Of a stretch of DNA of 64,000 nt, positions 38,256 through 52,762 are shown one piece after another; positions within the stretch are counted from its first letter, which is position 1; each line of letters opens with the position of its first letter. A program made the position numbers and the translations under genes. The notes under the pieces were generated by a model, which made no database searches, was not told the DNA's origin, and saw only the letters and a list, made by a program, of their open reading frames with translations. Source of the DNA: Octopus sinensis (lineage: Eukaryota); contig NC_043010.1 in NCBI RefSeq assembly GCF_006345805.1, positions 44,950,001 to 45,014,000 of the forward strand. The letters are read 5' to 3'.

Positions 38256-39491
38256 TATTAGGTTGTCAAGAAAATTCTTGCTGTTTTTAACCTTTCAATT
38301 CAGATGCGCCATCATAATCAACACACTTTTGCCAACGCGAAACAATTTTATATATACCAGTAGCGTAAAAATACTGCATTCTGGTGGCGATGAAGTCGTT
38401 GAAGGCGTGTTTGGCATCGTCTTGGGTTTTGAAGCATTTCTCACGCAGGAAGTTATCGAGATGCTTGAAAAAGCGGTAATCGGTTGGTGAGAGGTCTGGT
38501 AAGTATGGCGGATGAGGCAGGGCTTCGTTCAACTTCTGCAGGGTCAGTTGTGCGACATGCGGCCGAGCGTTGTTGTGGAGAAGAATTGGTCCTTTTCTGT
38601 TGAACAATGCTGACTGTTGTTGTCGGAGTTTCTTATGCATTTCATCCATTTGCTGACAGTACTTCTCTGCCGTAATGGTTTTGCCTGGATCCAAAAAGCT
38701 GTGATGGATGAGACTGGCCGCAGACCACCAAACAGTCACCATGATCTTCTTTTGGTGCAACTTTGGCTTCGGGAAGTGCTGTGGAGCACAACAACTGAGC
38801 TGAGCGTCGCCGGTTGTTGTAAAGAATCTACTTCTCATCACAAGTCACAATCCAGTCGAAAAACGGGTCGTTCTTGTTGCGTAAAAGAAGGGAAGACGAC
38901 ACTTCAAAACGGCGTTTTTTTTTTTTTTGGTTGTCGTTCAATTCGCGCGGCAACCATTTCTGAAGTATTTTTGTTTATCCAATCTCTTCCAAGTGGTTGG
39001 AAATTGTCGTAAACGTTACGTCTAATTCAGAAGCAAGGTCTCGAACAGTTGTGCTTGGACTGACTTCGACTAAGGCTCTTAGTTGATCGTTGTCAGCATC
39101 CGATGGCCGACCACTACGCTTCAAGACTATCATCTTGAAGACTCTCGTCACCGCTACGAAATTTCTTGAACCACCATTGTGCTGTACGTTCATCGGTGGT
39201 TCCTGGGCTAAACGCATCGTTGATATCGCGAGCTGTTTCAGCAGCTTTTCGGCCTAGCTTGAACTGGAATAAGAAAATTGTGCGAATTTGCTTTTAGTCC
39301 ATGTTGTATTCAACGTTCCTGAAAAAATGGCCTAATAATTCAAAAAGGAAAAAAGTAACACGATTAGATAGAGCGAAAAACGAACTTTAAAATGATATAT
39401 AAAGTCAGAGTAATTTAACGAAAATTAATTTGAAAGTACATCATTTAAAACCAAAATTTAAAATTCAGCAAGAACTTTCTTGACAACCTAT
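38256..39491 (-). mobile_element. mariner with both TIRs, Hsmar1/cecropia-like transposase, disabled (ATG at 39302)
   Basis: TIR core TAGGTTGTCAAGAAAxTTCTTGCTG at both ends. The protein has KQIRTIFLFQFKLGRKAAETARDINDAF, HFPKPKLHQKKIMVTVWWSAA, NRKGPILLHNNARPHVAQ and RWQKCVD. Confidence 0.92.
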
Positions 39492-40326
39492 AATGAGCCT
39501 TTTGTATGAATAAAATACTCTATTAGGTCTAGTCAGAAAACTAGACCTGATAGAGAAAAACTGAAGTCATTTTTGATTTTAGCAATCAAAGTCACTTATG
39601 AATTCATTGAAATATTCCAGGCACCAGACAAAAATTTTTTGTTGTTGTCCAGTGTAATCATCAGGATGGTAGTTATTAAAACTGGAATTTTCTCTCCTAT
39701 ATCACTCACCAGGAGGAGAGTCACCCTTAAAAAAACTTGGTGAAAGGTGTTGTTGCATTTGAAATCAGCACAGTATTGGACAATATCTGGGATGCAACTG
39801 TCCAAATAAAACTCTTTGGAATGCATTTGCTTCTGGTCTCTTCGATCGGACGCCAATGACAGATCACACTAACACATCATATATACTAAATGAGCTCTCT
39901 CCGGCCTACACTTTGTCGAATCTGGTGTATCCTAAGCTTCCTCTTCCCCCTATAAATCAACTATTTGCTGTCGCTTCTAACAGCAACTTCTATTCTGGTG
40001 ATACTAACCTTATCTAAATACTTCACGCCAAACCTGTATTTTCTCAGTGAAGAGAAACATCGAAAACTTGCGACAATGGTGTCACATCAACCTTATATCC
40101 AGGACTACACGAATCACCAAAATAATCTGGTACGCTCCCATCAAGTCATGGACAATATATAATAAAATCCTTCGAAGTCACTACAAATGCCAGGCCTCAA
40201 AGTTATTGATTATTTCTGTGGGCAATCTCACATCTGAGACATAGGACAGTCTACATGTAAAGCTTGACCTTCCACATTCGAGTCAATGGATATCTAATAT
40301 TCAATGTAAAACACAATGGAATAAAG

Positions 40327-40755
40327 GGATCTTTTCGGTTTGAACGGCATTTTTTTTTCTAGCGTTGTCATATGAAATTGTCACCCATAATTATGACCCT
40401 AGTATCGATCTATTGAATTTCAATCTGTTTTAGTGTTAGTGTTAGTTAGGGTTAGGGGTGGGGGGAAGGGTATCTTTTTTTCTTCACAAATGTAAATAGA
40501 CCCAATCTGTTTCTTAAACGAGGGACATATTCATACGGCACAGAATGTTTTTTACCTCAATGGACGTCACTGATTGATTGAAATTGCAGAAATTGAAGAA
40601 AAAAAAACAACAAATATCTTACAAACTATAGAATTTTCTCAATAAAGCCAAGAGAAAAAGATGTTTTATAAACACATTCTACCAGTATACGAAGTTTAAA
40701 ATTTTTAGTTACTTAGAAATTATGTTAAAAACTGCCGCTCAAACCGAAAAGATCC
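40327..40755. mobile_element. MITE with GG...CC termini, 23-bp TIR and 8-bp TSD (Merlin-like)
   Basis: GGATCTTTTCGGTTTGAACGGCA / TGCCGCTCAAACCGAAAAGATCC (1 mismatch); TSD GAATAAAG at 40319-26 and 40756-63. Confidence 0.85.
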
Positions 40756-42947
40756 GAATAAAGTTTCCATATCTGGGACGGTCCTGCTGCTTTATACATA
40801 AAAATCTACCCGACTCTGCCGCAGAGAGTCACTCATCAAACTCTCCAAACGCAAGACTAGAGACGTGCTGTCTCCCTACCCTGCCTTTACTAATGCCACT
40901 ATAATAATCCTCTACATCTCACAGGTGACTGACCTCATTCTACAACTACCCAAGCCAATCTGATTCACTTCTCTCTCTTTCTCTCACCTAAGCACCGCAC
41001 TAACCACTATTTCTAATTTTATGTATCCAGAATGTCAACTCTGAATGTTTTTTACTGTTCATGTTTTCCTGCAGTTCAAAAGGGACATCAACCCTACCTG
41101 TTTCCGTATCAATCGGAGGGCCTATGAAGGCGTTCCCTTCTTCCAAATCAAACCATATTTTAAAAACTATTAGTCATTACTTAAGCATTATATCTGGAAA
41201 TTATATTTAGTTAACGGAAGAGCTTTGGTTTTAATCAATCTTTTCGACTTGCCATCCCAATACTTACTCCACGTTCATGTGGAAATACAGAATGTTTTCT
41301 TAAAAACAGTGAAAAATCCTTTGTGTCAGAAACCATTCTTTCCAAGAGCATTTTAACCGTCAGTATTGGGAAATTATTTAAGAAAGGAAATATCAGAATG
41401 AATTAGCTAAGAAATCGAAGTTAGAACCATCATCCTTCTAGTAACTGTTTAAACACCGAACAAATTTAATGTTTAAATGCTATAGAAATTATTCCAGTTC
41501 AAGTTTTCCTCAAGTAAGCACTAGATGCTAATTATCTTGATATTCTAGTTAGATCAGACAGTAAGCCCACACATGTAGGCGGTATTTTGAAAATTATTAT
41601 GCCTACGTTTCTATACTATTCACTTCAGCTTACTATTTGCATAACTCTTATTTCTCTATAAAATTTACTGCTTTTAAATATAAAAGAATAATATAATAAA
41701 GTTAAACAATATAAAAAATAGGCTTGACTTCTTTCGTATATTACTAAAATAAAAAAAAGAAGAATAGACGACCGAGAAAAGGGAATGGTCCATGATGAGA
41801 TTCCCAGGTTAGAAAGTGGAGGTGTATTCATTAAATAAAACTAGTCGTTTGCATTTTATGAGAAAATTTGTCTGTAAGAAAAGCTCTTGTCGTTTTCTCT
41901 CACTCATTCATTTTACATTCGTTTAGAAACAACAGCAAATGGTTTAGTTGATTCTCACGCACTGCATGTTTCTTTCTCTTACATTATGGGACCGAGCCTG
42001 GCTAATTCACTGAAATTCAGTTGACGAGAAAAAGCAGAAACACTACATTGGTTGGCTATTTTGTACATTAATCTCGGATTGAAAATATATATTTAAAGTG
42101 CTACAAACGTCAGAAAACATCAGAGAAAAATAAATAACCGATTGAATTTGAACCCACACCTCTTGCTTGGAACCATGATGTTTAATTTTTTTCACTCAAA
42201 TAAGTTCGACTTATCAGAACAGTACAAAGTAGTAGCACAGTAATCACATCAAGCCATGAACCATAAAGTCATATAAAATCATGGAGCTGACGATTTATAC
42301 AACCAACACTAAACAACCATAATGCTTTTTTCATGGACATGTGATCAGAAGAAAACATATATCTGATTTCGGAAGTTGCAGTGATGAAACAATACACATT
42401 GTGACACATACTGCACGTTGCACCACCCTAAACAAAAGATGACAACTGAAAATAATAAATTCTGGAAGTTACGCCCGTCTTTGGGTGTTGTGAATAGTGT
42501 TGAAATGTAATACGGTATAATTCACATGGCGCGGCATAATTCATACACACCGAGGAACAGACAACAGACATACACACGCGCACGCACGCACACACCCACA
42601 CATACACATATAATTAAAGAGGGCTTTATATTAATAACATTAAAAAATGAATAACATTCAAATTACAAAGAACTCAATGCATGAGGAGAGTCTAAATATT
42701 TTTATTAAACGAATACAAAGTGACTATGATTTCCAATTTTTACCGGCTGTGGTTTGTTAAACTGTTGAAGCACACCCTTCAAAAATTTGAAGTCCCAGAC
42801 ACTCTTTATTTCTGCTTATTAACGGTTTCAAATTTTGGTACAAGGACATCAGTTTCGGGGGAGAAAGGTTAGAGTGCTCAACTGGTACTTTATTTATCGA
42901 GCCCGAAGGGATAAAAGGCGAAGTTGACCTCGCCGAAATTTGAACTC

Positions 42948-45701
<2,754 letters not shown>

Positions 45702-45918
45702 GGTGGAATTTGAACTCAGTATTTTGTCCCGCGTTCTAACGATCCTGCCACCCTACCACCTTAAGAATAATATTTTTTTCTACTACAGACACCAGGCCTG
45801 AAATTTTGGGAGAGGCGATAAGTCGATTAAATCAACCTCATGTTCAGCTGGTACTTATTTTATCAACCCCGAAAGGATGAAATGCAGAGTCGAATCCGGT
45901 GGAATAATAATAATAATG

Positions 45919-45969
<51 letters not shown>

Positions 45970-46046
45970 TAATAAATAAATAAATAAATAAATAAATAAA
46001 AAGTTTGTTTTAAACCTTGGGATTACATAGGTGCAAATAGTCTGCG

Positions 46047-46478
46047 CAATACCATAGATTTGCTTGTCAGTTGTTTGACCTTAACCACTTGAACATATAT
46101 CTTGGTGGCTGATGATATGTGCATCTCTGATCACGAGCAGAAGTAGTGATTATCATCGTCATGTGTTGAGAGGAATTCTTCTGGAGTTTGAATAATTCAC
46201 TTCTGGAAACATGGGTGTTTCGTTCAACATCTTTAGACAACTCTTATTCAGGGATATTTTGATCGGGATGAGTTACACGACCTGAAGAAAATTCTAACTG
46301 GGCCCCACCTGCAAGGTCATGCACTGTTTATTTTGATATGAGATCACTATGTCGCGCACATATGGTCGTGATGCATGTGCCTGATGTACTCTTATCAGAC
46401 GGGTAGTTATGATGGGTATACTGGTCTTCGTATATGTTACCCCAGTGTCAATTTGATGGCATTCACTGACTCTCACTC
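46047..46478 (+). mobile_element. AAT-associated ~553-bp element, copy 3 (5'-truncated, more diverged)
   Basis: Starts at CAATACCATAGATTTGC (about 120 bp into the consensus) and ends CTCTCACTC followed by (AAT)n. Confidence 0.85.
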
Positions 46479-46540
<62 letters not shown>

Positions 46541-46560
46541 TGATAATAATAATAATAATA

Positions 46561-49500
46561 CCTCATTGTTAACAAAGCAAAATACAAACCGGAATGGTCA
46601 TCGACCGTATTACAAAGGGCCACGTACTCGAATGATGAACCAGATTCGATCCGAAAAATCAGCTACTGGTTTAAATCTTCCCGACAAACAGGAGCTGGAA
46701 GTACCCCACAACTGAGATATTCCAGCAGATGGCCATCCATGCTCGTCATCAAATAACCAAAAGACAAACAATGAAAAATGGTCTAGGGAAGATAATAAAG
46801 AAATTCTTACGGCCTTCTATCATGCTATATATTTCTCCACAAATGAATCTAATACTGTACAAACCCACTTAAACTGGAGACAGAAACACCCTGAAGTAAG
46901 ACCCTACATAGACAGTAACAAACTTGCCAACGGCAGAAGAAACATTATTTTAAAAAATTACGAACTGAAGTAGAGATTGACCAAATTAAACAAGCAGTAA
47001 GGGATAAAAAGAACGAAGCTGCATCTAAAGAAGATACTACAGAGGAAATAATTATAGGCCAACCCAGGGCTGATAAAAACGCAATAATGATTGAAAGAGT
47101 TAATGTAACTTATAGACAAAGTGAAATACTCTCTAAACTAACCATAAACACTAAGGCAGATGAAAATCAAATAGATAAAGAAAGTCACACACAAATTGAC
47201 TCAACAGAACTACATGATCTAAAAATTTAAATCATGATTGAATGGCTGAAAATTAAATAAACCATTATGAATGAACGCGACACTCTCCCAAAAATTCGCA
47301 ATTCTAACCAAAACCTGAAAATAATTGATAAAATCTGCCCTGCACTTAAGGATATAATATCAGCTAATGATGTTGATATTACAGATCTCAACCACCTGTA
47401 CTTTACACCCGTGAAAATCTCAACGATTCTATGTGGTGAAAAGATTAGAAAACGACAACATTCCCACAAAAAGCCTTGTTGGCAAGAGCGTATTCAACAC
47501 CAAATTAAGCTACTTAGGTCTGACATAGAATGTTTGAAAAACCTTAAGTCTGACAGGACTATCACATCTATAAAAACCCGAAACTTAAAGAAAAAAATAT
47601 ATGAAAACCATACTTGACATTGATACCACCACAGAAACCATCAAGCAAAAGGTATATCCTAAAGCTTTCCGCATAGCAAGGTATGAAAAGTGCGTTAGAT
47701 TCTTTAAGGACAACAACATGTTCAAAAATAACCCCCAAAATTTTTACAGGAAGTTAGGGAAAATACAGTAAAGTCTGTCCCATTAGAAGAAGTGCAGGAA
47801 TTTTGGACTAAAATTTGGGCAGAAGAAAAATCACACAATGAAAAGGCCCCTTGGAGTGATAGAATATCTACAGCCTTAGACTCCTTAGAAGAGCAAAAGT
47901 GGGGGGATGTCAAGGTAGAAGATATTTGATCTGCTCCCAGGAGGTGAAGCAAATGGAAGTCTCCAGCAAAGGATAAAATTCCTAACTTCTGGTTGAATGC
48001 CTTCCCAGAGAGCCACAAACTGCTAACAAAATTTTACAACTAAGTTTTGCAACATCCTAGTATGATTCCCTCTAGGCTAGTTAATGGTTTAACATTCCTA
48101 CTTCCAAAAAATGAAGAAACAAATGAACCAAAAAATTATCGTCTCATAACCTGCTTAACAACAATGTACAAAACGCTAACATCTATCTTGATTGAATATA
48201 CCTATAGTTTCTTAATAGAAAGTAGCATATTCCCTAATGTGCAAAAAGGATGTAAACGTGGATCTTATGGTTGTAAAGATCAGCTACTCATCAATAAGAT
48301 GATCATAGAAGATTGTCACAGACGACACAAATCTTGTCAATACCTTGGAAAAAAAACCTTTGAAAGCCTACCACATAGGTGTATCAAGAAATGTCTGGAA
48401 ATGTATAAAATATCTCCGACTCTGCGAAACTTTTTGTCTGTAAGTATGAGATCATGTAGAACCACGTTGACTTTGAACAGTGACAATGAATCACTAAACG
48501 CTGGTGATGTAAGAATTTCAAGTGGCATTTTCCAGGGTGAGTTACTATTACCACTCCTCCTTTTCTAGCCTTAATACCTCTCTGAAAATTGCTCAATGAT
48601 GCACAATACGGTTATAAAATGTTTGATAAAAATATAAATCATCTCATCTACATGGATGATTTAAGGCTCTTCGCAAAAAATGACCAATAACTCAAGGGCT
48701 TACTAGCGATTGTTAAACAATTCAGTGATGGCATCAGGGTGCAATTTGGCCTCGATAAATGTGCAAAAGCTGCCTTTATCAAAGGAAAAATGACAGAAAC
48801 ATCTATCGTTCACCTTGACCAGCTGAATGTCATAAAAGAGTTAGAACCAGCGGAGCACTACAAATACCTAGGGGTAATTGAAGGGGACGGACTCAAACAT
48901 TCAATGATGGGGGAAAGGATCAGAAGAGAATGTTATTGCAGGGTTAGAGCAATACTCAAGTCAGAGCTGAATGCAAGAAACAGGATCGAAGCGATCAATG
49001 CTTTAGCCATACCAGTCATGACTTTCAGTTTCAATATTATTAACTGGTCAATTACTGAAATATATAATCTTGACAGAAAAATACGAAAACTGTTGACAAT
49101 GCATATAATGCACCACCCTAAGGCAGATATAGATCGACTTTATCCGCCAAGAAAAGCGGGAAACCGTGGACTTTTACAACTGGCATTGACAATGAAGATT
49201 GCCACAATCGGCCTGGACACCTACCTGGAAAACTCTGAGGACTGGATATTAAAACTTGTCTCAAAACATGAAAAGAAAAAAGCATCATACTCAGTAACAA
49301 AACAGGCAAAGGAATTCCAAATTCCAAATAAGTGGATTCCAAATACAACAAATTCCAGAATTATACGTACTAGAAACAAGCGCAGAAAAAGCTAAGCGCA
49401 TGACAACCCGTGCTAAAACTGCTGCCTTAGATATTCTGACTGATAAATGGCAAGAAAAACCTGTCAATGGCAAATACCCAAAGAGAGCAAATAAGGCCGA

Positions 49501-50350
49501 TGTTGATAAAGCCCTTACCCATCAATATCTAATGGCTTCTGGCTTAAAATAAGAAACAGAAGGGTTTATCATAACAGGCCAAATCAATGCCTACCTACAA
49601 GGAACTACCAGGCCAACATATTAAACGGCAGCTTCCCAACATGTCGTGTTTGTCAACAACAAAACGAAACCATTGATCATGTTGTCTCCATCTGCAGTCT
49701 TCTAGCACCTACAGATTATTTCAACAGGCATGATAGAGCAGCATAAAATATTCACTGGATAATTTTCAAAAACCTGGACTTGCCCCATGATAAAAACTGG
49801 TGGGAACACAAACCACCTCCAGTGCTTGAAAATGGTCACACCTCACTCCTGTGGAACTTCACCATTCAAGCTGACAGAACGATAGATGCAAATAGGCCAG
49901 ACATCATATTGAAAGACTTCAGACAAAAATCATGCCTCCTCATTGATATGACTGACTCAATCGATATAAACGTCACTGTCAAGACCTACAAAAACTGAGA
50001 AAGTATAAATATCTTGAAATATAACTTAGCAAAATATAGAACCTGAAGACTAAAACAATACCTGTTGTCATAGGTGCCCTAGAAATGATAGCAAAAGGGG
50101 CTGATTGCTACCTAGCTCAGCTCAGATACCAGGAAACACCAAAATGGCAGAAATTCAAGATAGTGCTCATGGAAACTGCCCATATCCTACGTAAAATACT
50201 GTCTATGTAGTCTCAAATTTTAAAAACAAATACATAATTTTCTTATGGTTTCTTAAACATTCTCAAGAACAACACTATGTACAAAGCCAAATATATGGCA
50301 CCCTAAGCATATCACTAACATGAACTTCTAACTTGTTGTCTCTTGAGGTA
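46561..50350 (+). mobile_element. R4/Dong-like LINE subfamily A, near full length, many lesions, 3' tip missing
   Basis: N-terminal KWSREDNKEILTAFY; WKSPAKDKIPNFWL, QKGCKRGSYGCKDQLLINK, GIFQGELL, YMDDL, GLDKCAKA, CRVC and RHD; RLE motif NRPDIILKD...LIDMT. Confidence 0.92.
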
Positions 50351-52150
50351 TCCCTCTAGTCTATTTCTTTCTATTGCTAATTCTTTGCTAAACGCTATCG
50401 ATTCAGCTCTAATCGCTCTCTTCAGAGCGATCCACCACTCGTTGTTAATTATATCCCCCGTCAAATGCTACTTAACTAGTTCGCTAAACCGGTCCTTGTA
50501 GTCTTTGCGAGCAAGTAAGGATGCATAGAACTTCCAGTAACCGGGTCCCTGTCTACGGGTTCTATCTAAATTGACTGAGTATATCACAAATTGGAGATCT
50601 GTGTAGCCGAACAATTTAAATTGTGGACAACCTATGCAATCCCTATCTTCTTACCTAACAAATACTCTAGCTAAATACTATCTGGATGATCTACTCTGGT
50701 TGCTCCCTGTCCATACTGGCATACCAGGGAAATCCAGCGCGTACCTGTCAGAAAGCTGGAAGTTTCTGAGCAGGTTTTCGAGGCTTTTTCATTCATTTCT
50801 ATGTACTAAACCCACACAGTACTTCCGCGTGCCCAAAATACTATTCCAGTCCCCCACTTGTACTAAATGGAAAGCCGTTCCCAAGAATGTTTCTTGACGC
50901 CAGAAGAAATCTGGTCTCCCAGGCCCTTTTATGGCATAAACCACCACCAGTCTAAAGGCGTCACCTTCGCTGCCATTCATGTCCAGGACCACCACCCTGC
51001 CATTCGGGTCCAGGAAGATAGACCGTATTTGGAGATCTAAGGAGTTCCGGAGTAGCAGTGCTACACTGCCATCCTCTCCCGATAGACCACAAGATGAGAA
51101 TACCATCTGGATGCTAGAGCGTGTTTTCCGGAGATCCTTGCTTTACTAATGCCTGCCACATCCAAATCAAGAGACCTGAGATCGTTGAGCAAGTGATCTT
51201 ACCTCCAAGCTGATCCCAGTACACGCACATTCACACATCCCATTCTCAGCACAGCCATGCTAGTCGGAGAAAGAAAAGGAAGAGGTTGCTCACCTCGATT
51301 TTCGAAAAGACCGGAAGTTCCGGGCCTCTATACTGGTGAAAATGTTTTAAAAGCCCGCGCAACAGCGTTTTATCAACATATTTTTTTTAATCTATACACT
51401 ACCTGGGAATTTTTCTATTATAGTTTTATAAACGTCTAACGTCGTTTTAATTGAGGGTCTGTACTTGGGGGTTTTGAGGATGAAATCCTCAAATTCCTTT
51501 CCCTCTTTACACTTGTTCTCATCAGTGAAATTGAGGGATACATTTCGTCTACAATCTGATGAATATTTTTGAAGTTCTGTAATTAGTTGTTTCTGTGATT
51601 TCATTCTGTTGTTGATGTTGCTGTTTTTGAAGTAGCTGATTTTGTTCTTGTTATTGTTGGAGTGGTTGTGAACTGTGTTGCAGTTGTGGTTTCAGAATAA
51701 GTTTTTATTGATTTCTTGGAGTAGGGCTATGCACTCTCCTCTTCTCTCGCCTACCCCATTTTGTCACTGTGATCCATTGATCGTTCAGCTTTTCCTTCTT
51801 CATGTCATTGCAGTTGATATTAGTTATGGAGGGGGGTATTCAAGAGAGAAACTTGCTTTTCCGTGGCAACAGGGGGTAGGCTCCATCTTTGTCTTTGTTT
51901 GGGAGTTGGTGTGAGCGTGGGTATTTGAGTAGATGTAGGAGTCTTGAGAACTTGTTTATGCTTTTGAACTTGTATTTGTAATGTTGGCAGCAATGGAACT
52001 TTATTTTTACTCGTTTCAGGGCAGAAAGCCTTTAAGTGATTTACTGATTCACATTTGTGGCATCTTGGCTTTCTACCTTCCACGAACACTGATAGGTGAG
52101 TACCATCCGCGAGATCGATTATATCGGGCAGCTGGTCGATCTGCTACTGC
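50351..52150 (-). mobile_element. Tx1/L1-like LINE fragment (ORF1 gag knuckle plus ORF2 APE)
   Basis: CHKCESVNHLKAFC (C-x2-C-x4-H-x4-C); APE motifs GSVALLL, DPNGRVVVLD, VGDWNSIL and YWKFYASLL. Confidence 0.85.
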
Positions 52151-52162
52151 TTGCATCGTAAG

Positions 52163-52633
52163 AAATGAAAGAGAAAATAAAGAAAGAATTCTATAGACGA
52201 GTTAGATCAATACTGAAAACAGAGCTCAATGCGAAAAACAAGATAATAGGTATTATCACTCTAGCCATCCCAGTTATAAGCTACAACTACAATATCCTTA
52301 ACTGGACGCCAAATGAACTAACCAAAATAGACAGGAAAACAAGAAAAATAATGACAGGATCAAGGATGCACCACCCAAAGTCTGACATAGAAAGGCTATA
52401 TATACAACGTATAGAAGGTGGTAGAGGCCTTATACAACTGGAAAACTATTATATAATAGCCACCAAAACTAACAAATATATATAACATACATAAAATAGC
52501 ACTACTAGACACTGCACACATCCTACGTAAAACACTTTCAATACAGTAACAATAAGAGCATCACAACAAACCACAGTACATACCTAAGGCACACAGAGCT
52601 GCGCTCGGTAATGCAGTGAAAGCAAGGGATAAA
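52163..52633 (+). mobile_element. Dong-like subfamily B fragment with 917-bp internal deletion
   Basis: Matches ~55360-55650 joined to 56568-56740; (AAT)n tail. Confidence 0.85.
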
Positions 52634-52685
52634 ATAATAATAATAATAATAATAATAATATAATAATAATAATAATAATAATAAT

Positions 52686-52760
<75 letters not shown>

Positions 52761-52762
<2 letters not shown>

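Larger units (their letters stand above)
36269..39654 (+). mobile_element. Chapaev3-type transposon with both ends and TAA TSD; carries a nested mariner
   Basis: TAA|CACTGG...CCAGTG|TAA (TSD 36266-68 and 39655-57); subterminal CTATCAGATCCAGTTTTT matches the inverted CTATCAGGTCTAGTTTTC. Confidence 0.88.
34950..40900 (+). mobile_element. Old CR1-like LINE ORF2 (APE plus RT) interrupted by Chapaev3 and a MITE
   Basis: APE: GLYRS and KIIVLGYFRVYHSSW...TAGTEARSFTIYN. After the insertion: VVAFEISTVLDNIWD..QIKL and INQLF...FYSGDT. Removing the 40327-40755 MITE plus one TSD restores TME*SFHIWDG (MEYxSHxWxG motif). Confidence 0.7.

Noticed and set aside
41070-41180. Candidate exon on either strand (strong acceptor on +; FLKIWFDLEEGNAFIGPPIDTET on -)
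   Set aside because: No matching splice-site pair with good signals and no homology support.
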